Origin: Lama glama
Taxonomy: Eukaryota
Direction: 5' to 3'
Assembly (NCBI GenBank): GCA_028534125.1
Contig: CM052817.1
Span: forward strand, 104,720,001 to 104,784,000
Length of the DNA: 64,000 nt
Numbering within the stretch: position 1 is the stretch's first letter; each line of letters opens with the position of its first letter. A program made the position numbers and the translations under genes. This document shows, piece after piece, positions 39,538 to 49,800 of this stretch. The notes under the pieces are model-generated. The model searched no databases. It had not been told where the DNA came from and saw only the letters and a program-made list of their open reading frames with translations.

Positions 39538-41627
39538 GTAGGTATATATCATTCTGTCCACAGGGAAAGATGTTACCCTGTAATCCTGCCTAGAAAATTT
39601 ATTTTCCTGGAGATGTTCTTCAAGAACCAGGTCCATCTGATTGTTGTTCTAGTAACAGTGAGCAGTGAGAATGTATATTTGTCCTGAGAGAGTCCCAGAA
39701 AGACTGACATCAACTGGTATTCTTAGTCAGATGAGATGTGGTTAGGGAGACTTTAAAATATCTCCATAGAAACAGGTTTCTAGTGGTTGGAGAGCAGAGG
39801 AAGATTGAACACAATAGATAGATGACCATTTCTAAGGGACAACAAGAATGGATGTGGAGATCTTAAGGCAGCCTAAGATTAACTCTCTGCTTCTAACTCT
39901 CAAGAGAACTCGAGTGTTGGAAGACTAATGCTGTATATTTTAACATTTCCAAGAACAGCAAGTTGAATGTAGGAAGCACAAAATTTCCAGCCCAAGAAAT
40001 GGCAAATCAGTCCAACATTTTCCTGTCTCCATGCTTTGGTTAAAATCATGTCTGGCAATGTTATCTTCATTCTATGACCACTTGAGTGGCTGACTTACAA
40101 TTCTGTTTTCATGCCACATTAAGGGTTTGCTTTTCTCTTAAGACAATGGTGAGTTATTGGAGGGTTTTAAACCAGAACAATTACATGATCAGATTTGCAT
40201 TTCAGAAATCTTATTCTGGCAAGAGTAGAGAATGGGTTAGAGACAAGTGAAACTGATCAGTACACCAAAAGTTAAGAGGAAATGGAGGACAAATAAAAAA
40301 TAAAACTAACAAAATACAGATAAAGCAGAAGCGGGAGAAATATATGAATGAATCAAGTGAGGGAAGTAATAAACAGTGCTTCTAATCATAATGTGACATA
40401 TATTAGAAAATCTTCTCATTTCCATTTAACAAGGGCATTGTAGGCTTCTAAGTATGTTACACACGTCTATTCATGTCTTTTTAAACATTGAAATAAACTA
40501 AGTTCAGTGTGCCAACTCTACAAATTCCTGAATTCAAAAAAATTGTAAATAAAAGCCAGAGACTGTATGAAATGATATTTCTAGAGAAGGCCTTAGATTT
40601 CAGTTTACTGGTGTTTCTTTTCTTTTCTTTTCTTTTTATTGCCATGAAATTCTTTCTTCAAATGAACTCTTCCTTGAAACCCAGCATGTGCAGGAGATCT
40701 GGAATGTCAATCTCCCCACTCCCTCCCCCTCGCCCTGATTGGCTCCTGATGCACTCTGACAGATCTGTTGAGATTCATCATCTAAAACTGAAATTATGTA
40801 TTGTGAGTCCCATGAGCTCTAGGACCTTTTCTGTTTTCTTTACGACTTTATTCTCCATACCTAGCACAGCACCTGACACAAAGTTGGTGCCTGGTGTATA
40901 TTGAATGAGTGAGTGAATGAATATGAAATAGAGAGAATTAAGTGACTTGGACTAAGTCACACAACAAATTGGTGGAGCTGAGATTTTGTTTATAGTGAGT
41001 GACTGGGTAGATGTTGGTGGCTGTAGGGAAAATGGAAATCCTCAGGCTCCCTCGCTGGACATCTGATGCCTAGTGACTCAGCAATATTATCCCACATGTG
41101 CAGGACCAGTGTACCATTATGTAATGATGACTTGTGCTGCAGAAGTGCAGAGGTTAGCCCATAGGTCAGCCCATAGGTCATAGCTGGCTAGATGCCAGCT
41201 TTGTTTGCCTTGATATGTAAGGTGGATGGGACTTTCTGCCACCACCACCATTGAAGCCTGTGTACTCCTCCCCAAAATAAAAGCATGTCAGAGATACCCA
41301 CAGCTTCAAGAGTGTTCTTCAGTCTGCCCAAATCCCGCGTGAACCTGCCAGGCCTTGAGTGCTTGCAATATAGTGGCATTACCAGGATAGGAGATAAAGG
41401 AGGAGACGAATGGGGAAGGGATGCTGAGATCAGTTTTTGGTATGAGAGTCTAAATACTTGTGGGGCACTGAGTAGAGGTATCAACAGACAATGAGCTGTT
41501 CAGTCTTCTCAGCTTAGACTCAATGGTCTAACCCTTCAACTCCTCTTGGAAAAGACTTTCTTACATTTTATTTTTAAGCACTATACTAGTACTATGATAT
41601 TTCCAGCCCTCACAAGGCCATGGGGGC

Positions 41628-41785
41628 CAGTTCCTTAAACTTTAATATGCATGCAAATCATGTGGGGAATCTTGTTAAAATGCAGATTCTGATTCAGAAA
41701 GTGGGGCCTGAGGATCCACATTTTTAACAAGTTTCCATGTGATGCGGAAACACCTTGTCCACCACTGCATTTGGAGGAGCAAGGC
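41628..41785. mobile_element. MER5A-like hAT-Charlie MITE
   Basis: cttgttaaaatgcagattctgattcag...ggggcctgag.at...catttttaacaag internal palindrome. Confidence 0.75.
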
Positions 41786-42632
41786 CCTGCAAATCACTGA
41801 AAATGTTAGCAGTTTGCTTTACTTCTTGCAAAATTTCACAGTTTTTATAATAAGTAGAGACTGGTGAACTTCCAAAATTCTGTTTGTTTTTCAAATATTT
41901 TCTCATAAACTTTGTTTTTTCACTTTAAAGACTATGTGTACCTCTTTGACTTGAAATGTAATATGGTTTTTAATCCATAATTTAATTTAAGAGAAACTCT
42001 GCCTTAATTTTAACAGTGATCCTATAAACTACATTATTCTTCAGGAAGCTATTTTAGCTTTCAGTGGTAGGCTGAAGACTTCAGGCTAAATTTAGCAGTT
42101 GTTAGAAATAATGCAGTAGAGAGGCAGGCTCTGGAAGTAGGTAAATTCAAGACATTGAATTTGAAACATTCAAGCATTTAGAAAAAGTATCAATTACAAA
42201 ATAGTAACCTAGTTAAACTAGGCAGATCTATTCTTATCCTGAAGCAGAGAGACCATCTTCACCCTGAAAACAAAAAAATTTTTGTTGAAAACCAGTAGTC
42301 TTTCTTAAATATCATGAGATTGATTTAAACTGAATGAATAACTTAGTTTCATCTGTACTTTTATCTGTAAATAATTTCTCTTTTACTCTGTTGTTTCACA
42401 AAGCTTTATTATTTGTTTTCTCATTCATTCTTCCATTCAGGAAATCTTTTCAGGTTTTATTATCGGTATTTGAACTCTGAGAGACATTTATGAATTAAAC
42501 AAAGATCTTGGATTCGTAAGACTTAATTTTACGGGACAACAGAGACAATAACTAAGTAAATATATATGGTAATTTCATGAGAAGATATTTACTATTTGAA
42601 AAAAGAACAGTGAGTTAAAGAGTGACTGGTAT

Positions 42633-42713
42633 TGTTACCAAGTCCAAACTCATACTGCTCACCACACAACAGGCCAGTAAATCCAGAGAGGAGGTGTTGG
42701 GCAAGGAATAGCA
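42633..42713 (-). mobile_element. Fragment (U5 end) of the same MER41-like LTR family
   Basis: tgttaccaagtccaaactcatactgctcacc...ggcaaggaatag matches the starts at 35259 and 37168. Confidence 0.8.
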
Positions 42714-42729
42714 TTCTCTTGTATAAAAT

Positions 42730-42920
42730 CTTAATTAACGTTCACATGAACTAAATGGGATCGTATTTTTTAGCTCCATTTTACAGATGGAAAAGGAAAT
42801 TTAGGTACGTTAGGCTATCTGCCCAAAGTCACTGTTACACTAACACAGAAACAGTAGTGCTTAGATTTGAACACAGGTCTATTTACCTGGGAACACTAAG
42901 CTCTGCTTAATCACTGTGTT
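42730..42920 (+). mobile_element. MIR
   Basis: ccattttacagatg.aaa...tgcccaaagtcac...atttgaacacaggtct. Confidence 0.65.
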
Positions 42921-43843
42921 AGTCACTAGTACCTCGAGTTTAAATCCCTGCCTCTCTTTGGAAGATTCCCCATGATGCACCCCATCAGTCTTAACTTTCT
43001 ATCGCTGCTGAACTTTCATTTGCTATTCTACATTTCAAATATGTTCCCAGTTTACCTCCTGTGCATTGACATTTTTACTTCAATTAAACTGTAAGCTCCT
43101 TAAAACTAGAGATTATGTATTATTCTCGTTTTAATTTCTATTAAGGTCTAGTACTATGGAGGGCACACTATACATTCTCGAGTGAATAACAGATAAAATC
43201 TTTAGCCCAGTCCTTTGCACTCATGCATGCTTAATAAATGGTCCCAGTGATTATTATTACCTGAGTGGCTGGTGCATTAAATTGAAGTTCTAATAGAAAA
43301 TCAGAAAATCCTGATCTCTACTTCGATCCTAAGCACTTTGTGCCCGCCTTCCTTATGATCTGGAGCAATGGTTTCTCAAGCCAAGGTAGTCATTCTAATC
43401 CCATCTCATCCTTTCTATAAAGCAGTGCCGACCATAACAGCAACTAGCAGCAACACTTTGTCCACGATTAGTGCTCTCCTTAAACTGGGAGTGCTTTGGA
43501 GAAAGAAAAGAAATGGAAGAGTTACAGTAATATTTTTGAGATGAGTGGTCAACGCGCTTGCTGTCTATGGATGGCTGTAAATCCACTTAACCTAAATGAA
43601 GTTTACTAGAAGTAGTTCCCGGGCTCAAGTTTCTGATGTGCAGAGCCTCGCATAACCATGCACCACCCCTATATTGCCATCTTCCTCTTCACAGCTCAGT
43701 CTCAGTGGAAATGGCCCAGATCCAGCAGAAGGAAAGCCTCGCCATCTGCCCTTGCGGACGAGCAGCGGTTCCCAGGACGCAGAGAAACCGGCGGCTTTAG
43801 GACCCCGCGGGGTCTCTGCCCCAAAGGCCTGTGGCAGCCCCCT

Positions 43844-43915
43844 CCGCCCCGCCCGAACGGACGCCGGCGCGTCGCGTTACGTCACGCGCTCCCCGGAAGT
43901 GCCGCTGCGTGCGCA
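43844..43915 (+). promoter_or_regulatory. Housekeeping promoter motif cluster: GC boxes, CRE/ATF-like site, ETS/GABPA, NRF1
   Basis: CCGCCCCGCCC 43844-43854; TTACGTCA 43877-43884; CCGGAAGTG 43893-43901; TGCGTGCGCA 43906-43915. Confidence 0.7.
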
Positions 43916-44036
43916 GCGGGGGCGCGTCTCCGGACTGCTCCGCGTGCGGCTACCTGAGGAGCGCGGGAAGCGGGCCGGCGCGTCGCCCCGCCGCGGAGGG
44001 GCTGTATCTCCCCAGCGAGACCCCGAGCGCGGCGCC

Positions 44037-44302
44037 ATGGAGGTGGTGGAGGCCGCTGCCGCTCAGCTGCAGACTCTGAAATTCGGGAGCGCCGGCGTCG
44101 CGGTGGCCCAGGGTCTGGCCGTGCCGGCTCCGGACCCCGCTCCGGTCGCTGTGCCGCGGGCGGACGAGGGGTGCCCGGACCCTGCGGGGGAGCAGCCGCC
44201 TCAACCCGCGCCACAGTCGCTCCCGGAGCCGCCTCCCGGAGGGAGCTGCCCGGAGACGTCGGACTCGGATTCGGACTCGGACTCCGACTCCGACTCGGAC
44301 AG
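44037..44302 (+). CDS. NAF1: NAF1 coding exon 1 (H/ACA RNP assembly factor, N-terminal low-complexity region)
   Basis: Kozak context GCGCCATGG at 44037. Translation MEVVEAAAAQLQTLKF...ETSDSDSDSD matches the mammalian NAF1 N-terminus. Donor GAC AG|gtcggg (phase 2) joins exon 2 in frame. Confidence 0.95.
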
Positions 44303-44849
44303 GTCGGGCGCCCGGCGGCCGGGAGCGCGCGGAGGGCCGGGCCGAGACGGCCGGAGGGAAGGGGTCGGGAGGCCGGGGCCGCGCTCCTCGCCGTCCCGGC
44401 TCATTGCCCTGGGGACGCGAGCCCCGCCGTCAGCCCCCTTCTCCGTAAATCTGGGGTATGAGCGTGCTGTGTACGTGGTGCACTTTCAGTTAGCGCACGG
44501 AGCACCTGAGGGTTTGGGATTATTCCCGTAACTCGGCTGTCCTTTTGTGGTTACATCTTTACAGTTTGTGTCGGATCTGACTTTTCCCCATCAAGTTGAG
44601 TGTGTGCTCTTGTGATTTGAACCGGATAAACGGAGCCTCGGTTAGATTCTGTGTTTCCATATTGGCTCCTGGCAGTTTCGTTAATTCGCAGAATCCCTGT
44701 GGTGAGCTAGTGTTCATGAAATTAGCGAAACAGTGTCCTTTTACTGTTACATTGTATGTTCTGCGTAGGTTTTACAGGAGGCTCTCCCCGGTCCGCAGTG
44801 TTTTTTCAATAGGAAAGTTCTGTGGTGGGAGGGGATTTAGGCGTGACGT

Positions 44850-46460
44850 TGCTAAACCACGCTGAACATTGTCTACAAGTGTTCGAGTGTGTCGTGCGAT
44901 ACTGAACCGATGAGCAAAGTAGACACGACCCCTGCTCTATATTCTAGTGAGAGAAACGGAAAATAAAAGTAAACCGATCAGTCAGTCAGTCAATAAGAGT
45001 CGATGAAAATCAGCAAAGCACTGGGAAAGTAATCGGAGAGCCCAGCCCAGTAGGATCCACTGGCCATGTTAAGGTTTCAATTCCGTGGTGCCAGAGACAC
45101 TTTTGAAGAATTTTAAGCGTAAGTTTTGCTTTGTAGAGATGGAGCTGAACTGAGTTGAAGAGCGGAAGCAGTGAATCAAGGTTGGCGGGGGTTAGTGTGG
45201 AAGGTTGGAAAAGATGTTGCATTTGGCGAGTTACGTGACCGTGTCTGGAGTAAATCATTTGAAGTCTCCCTGGTCATGCTCACTGATAGATGTGGTCGTG
45301 ACTTAGACAAAGAGACATCAGCTGGGTGGGTGGGGGCGCGGCTTACTGAGATGAGGAGTAGCTTACCCCGAATGGAGGCTGTAGACCTATAGGAATGTTA
45401 AATTTGGACAGTTAATTTGAGATTTCTCTCACAGCAAAATTGGAGGTATCTGGTAAGCGGTAGGATAATGAGTTCAGAGAACAGTTCTGATATGGAGATG
45501 TAAATTGGAGCATCGTATTACAGATAAAACTTTTAACATTTTATTGTGGACGTTTTCAAATTTCACATAGCTCCATATAACTCTGTGCTAAAAAGTACAG
45601 AGAGTAATAGAATGAACGCACATATACTCATCACCAAACTTGACAGTTTCCAGTATCTTGCTAGTCTCGTTTTATCATACATTTCTAACTTGTTTTTTAA
45701 CCTGATAGTCTTAAAACAAATCTCAGACAGCATGCCACCTTACCTTTGAGTTCTTTGCTATGCATCTCTGATAAAATACTTTTTACAGAACCACCATGTC
45801 ATTATCAATCATGGTAAGATGAACCCTAATGCCTTAATAGCACCTGATACTCACTCTGTATTCAGATTTTTCCAATAGAATGAAGTCTTGTTACCAGTTT
45901 TGTCATTGGCTGTAAGAATGCAATAGCTTGAGATGATTCCAAGGTACCTATGGCTTTTGACTGGATTGAGGACTAAACAATGAAATAAAATAGAAGTTCA
46001 AAGAGAGCAGCAGATTTAGTTAGGAGGATGCACTGTTTTTTTCCGTTTAACCAGCTGTAAGTAGGAGATGTGTGTTGGTTATTCATACTGCAGTTGCCAG
46101 TTAGCCGGCAGAGATTAGGGGTGGGGCTTAGGGATATCACGGCTGAAGATTTTGGACTTAACCTGCACATCAGTAACGATTGAACTCATTGGAGTGAATG
46201 AGATTATCTGAGGAAAGAGTACCAGAGAGAAGAGAAAATGAGGACAGAATTCTTAGAAACAGCGCATAAAGGGGGTGGAAGAGGGTACCAGCAAACAGGA
46301 TTTAAACCAAGAGGAGAGAGATTATGTGGAAGTCAAGGGCCAAAGGAGTTTTCAGAGAGTAGATTATTCAGCATGGTTGGTAACTTCAAGAAGTTTCCAA
46401 ATTACCTGAAGACTGAGAAGAAACTTCCTTGGCTTAATTGTGATCTGGTCCTTGGTAACT
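44850..46460 (-). mobile_element. L2 fragments in NAF1 intron 1, interrupted by an old L1 3' end (~45530-45880)
   Basis: ctggagatgtaaatt.gagcatc L2 motif; ttttattgtgga..ttttcaaa...aaaagtacagagag L1 tail in antisense. Confidence 0.55.
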
Positions 46461-46712
46461 AATAGGTACCTTGCCCAGAATACTGCCAGTGGTTTGTCAC
46501 ATAATTATATGCAGACAGAGGTATGGCATTTGTAATAAGAGGGTTTTTATAGCAGGGGCTTTGAAAATGTGATCAGTGGGTTTATGAAATGCTAGCTTCA
46601 ACTGTAAACGTCTAGTAAAATAGGTATTTCCTAGCTGGAAAATCTTACATAATACCAACATGATAATGCTTTTTTTTTTTTTTTACTGTTTTCAACTTTT
46701 TCTTCTCTCCAG

Positions 46713-46881
46713 TGAGACAGATTCCGATAGTTCAAGCTCCTCCTCTTCCTCCTCGTCATCCTCCTCATCTTCTTCTCGTGTATCACTTCCTCCAGTGCTG
46801 TCAGATGGAGAAGATGATTTTCAAGTTGAGAAGGAAAATAAGAACTTTCCTCTTAAAACAAAAGATGAGTTACTTCTTAGC
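46713..46881 (+). CDS. NAF1: NAF1 coding exon 2 (poly-Ser, SLPPVLSDGEDDFQVEKENKNFPLKTKDELLL)
   Basis: Polypyrimidine tract plus ccag| acceptor and donor AGC|gtaagt. 169 nt; exons 1+2 total 435 nt, so frame is kept. Peptide matches NAF1. Confidence 0.96.
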
Positions 46882-49800
46882 GTAAGTACTTAGATTTGTT
46901 ACTGAACTTAACTTGCATGTCCTGAACTGTATTATGGTACTGATACTGATCTCATTTAGTCTATATCTTCTCTCTGAATTGAAGACCATTCTTATTGGTC
47001 ATACTTTTGCCACGTCCTGGCTTTCCTTTTAAAGAGAGGATTGATCTGAATACTTTCTCAGACTGCTTCTAACTCTGACAGTTGATAATTGTGCTGAGCG
47101 TCCAGTTTAGCTTGCTGCTTTTCATTTTTTACCTTCCCTAAAGATTGTGAAGATTTACAGCTCTTTTTGTTGTTGTTCACAAGTCAGAAAAATTTGCTCA
47201 CTAGCAACTGAAATTATTAATTGATTGTGTTTAGAGAAACAGTGAAATTAGATCGGTTGCTTTTTTGAGGATTTCTGTTAATTGAAGTTTTTGGAGCATT
47301 TTTATGATTACAGTTGGAGAAAGCTTGTTTATTGCAGAATAGTATTTACTGGCGTTTTGTAGGTTTTTTTAAATAAAGTAAACTTTTATGTGGTATTTCC
47401 TCTTAAATAAGCTGTTCCTCTTAAGTAAGCTGTTCCTAGGAGGTTTTGGTAGTCTGCTTGAAACTTTATGATCCAAGAGGAAGGCTTCTCAGAATTTCAC
47501 AGCGTAGGCTGTATTGCCGCCTGTTTATTCTCACCACTCCCACGTGCACTTAGTTATTATGAATGCTTTTCAAGAATTTAATGATCACTAATTATAATTA
47601 TATAACACTTAGGTCAGTGAAATAATAGTAAAGCATGATTTCAAAAAGAAAATTAAAGCCTAGAGGCATTCAGGTACTTTTTCATGACTGTGTCCCATCA
47701 GTATTACTGCTTTTTCTCTCATAATAAGAAATTCCTTATCTCACTTATGCCTCCTGTATTGCGAGCCCTGGGATTTGTATGCGGCTTCATCAGTGATGTG
47801 TGCTCTCGTACTGTGGACGCTGAACTCTCAGTGGTCTTTCTACACAAAGGCTTGCCCAGCTTAGGACTGTTTTCTGAAAGTATTGGGAGATTGTTTGGTC
47901 TTTTCACTTACCTTGATCACCTTTTGACTTAAGTTCTTTCTTAGAGTATGAAAATCAATAAATAAAGGACACGTGTGTGTGTTTGATTTTTCTTATCTTA
48001 CTAGATCTGGACTTCTTCACTCTGTAATCCCTTAAAATTTAATGCAAAGTCTTAGTCAATTTACCTAAGTATTTTTCTGGATGGAGTGCCCATATTTTCA
48101 TCAGAAAGGATCCCTGTCCACAAAGTGGCCAGGAAGCATGTTCTTGAGGACTGAGTTCATGCCTGATCTTTGTGGCTCCCATGCCCAGCAGAGTGTTTTA
48201 CAGGTAACGGGTTCTCAGTCAGCAGTTATACGTGGTTGTGCATGAGTGAGTGGATGGGCATCCTATATACACTCATTTTTAAACTGCTGTCACACCTGCC
48301 ATGTGCCAGATGTTAGGAACAAGACCCCTCCAGCTTCTGCTCTCGTAGTAGCTGCTGCAGAGAGACAGGCGGTAAATACAGCAGAGACAAGTACAGTTAA
48401 TTGCTGAAAGTGCTACTGAATTGTGTGGCTGTATGCTAGGCTCGTATCAGAAAATCACAGTTTTGCTGGGAAGTATGTTAGCTTTCAAAACTCGGGAGAG
48501 TGGGCTGGCGTGTTCCTTTCTGTGCCAGTTCCGAGGGATCTTTGGGAAGGATGGAAGAGGCAGTAATCGTCTTTAAAGTTTTGGATTCTTAACTAGCTGT
48601 TTACTTTATATTTTTATGATTAGGAAGTAAACGTACTAGAAGATCGTAGACTTTAGACCACTCCGCTGCTAGAGAAGTGGCGGAGTGAGCTCCCTGGGCT
48701 GCCGTGTGACCTAGGGCTCTGGAAGAATGTGTGGGGACTCCTTCAGGACTTGAGCTCTGAAGTTCAGGGGAAGAGAACGACTTGGCCCTGAATAGGGCCA
48801 GTGACGGTGTGGCGGCAAGTTCTCAGTACATTCAGGATTCTGCTCTCCGTCGTTCAGTAGGTGCTTTTCCATGGGGCTAGTGGTCTGGCCACTGATTCTC
48901 CTGTATGAAAGTCACGGAGTGAACTTTCCCTGGTTGATTGGGCGCCTGGGATGCAGGCCTGAACATGTGATGGAGGCTAGTGAAGTGGGTGTTTCGGTCG
49001 CCTGGACCTGAGTTACGTAGTCACTCCTGCTGGTGTGGAGAGTGTGTAGGAAAGTGTATGCTTGAGACAGAGAGCATGTGGGCAAGTGTGTAAGAGCCCA
49101 GTGACAGAAGGGATGCTCGAGAGTGTATTTTGAAGGGGGTGGGGGTTGGGTGGGTGGTATCCACCTCGTACAACCACAGGGAGTGGGTTCTCTGTCACGG
49201 AAAGGGAGGCTGAGACCATTTCAGAAGGGGATGCTGTTCAGTCAGTGACACGAGTTAGCCTTTCGAGCTGCTTAGCAGCAGTAACTACGTGTGACTTAAT
49301 GGACTCTTGACTGCAGCAGAGACTCGGGTGCTGTCAAGAGAAGGGGATTCACTGTGAGCTTGCCTGGCTGGGAAAGCCACAGAGGGCTGGTGAGGATGGC
49401 CACGCTGTTGCTTTTCTCCACTTCGTGGGCAGTCTCATAGTTCTGAGTGTCGCTGTGTTCTTTCTTTACTGGCTGACTTCCTATGTCTACCTGTAGATTC
49501 ATCTTTTTAGTTCTAGCTTGTACATGGATTTCTTGTCCCTGGCTCAGAATTGGTACCTTCTACTTTCAACTCCTCCGTGAACTGGCCACTAGTACCATAT
49601 TTCTTCACCAGCTTTTGGCACAGTCCTGTTACTTAGCTTAGGGTTGTGTTTTTTTGTTTTTTGTTTTTTTTTCCCCAGAAGATGACAGTCCTCTCTTCTG
49701 GGAAGTGTCCCCTCTTTTGTTACAGCTGGCTCTGGCGGTATCGAGTGTGCCGTTGGGTCAGGTCTGCCGGGACGTGTCGTCTTAGGCAGCAGGGCTTGTG

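Larger units (their letters stand above)
43735..44500. promoter_or_regulatory. NAF1: CpG island / NAF1 promoter and first exon
   Basis: Sharp rise in GC and CpG against an AT-rich, CpG-poor background; no obvious TATA box. Confidence 0.92.

Noticed and set aside
43658..44461. Overlapping ORFs on both strands of the CpG island
   Set aside because: Stop-codon scarcity in GC-rich DNA explains them; only the NAF1 frame is recognisable.
47397..47437. 18-bp tandem duplication (similar 12-13 bp ones near 29236 and 41156)
   Set aside because: Ordinary slippage duplications with no array or spacer structure.
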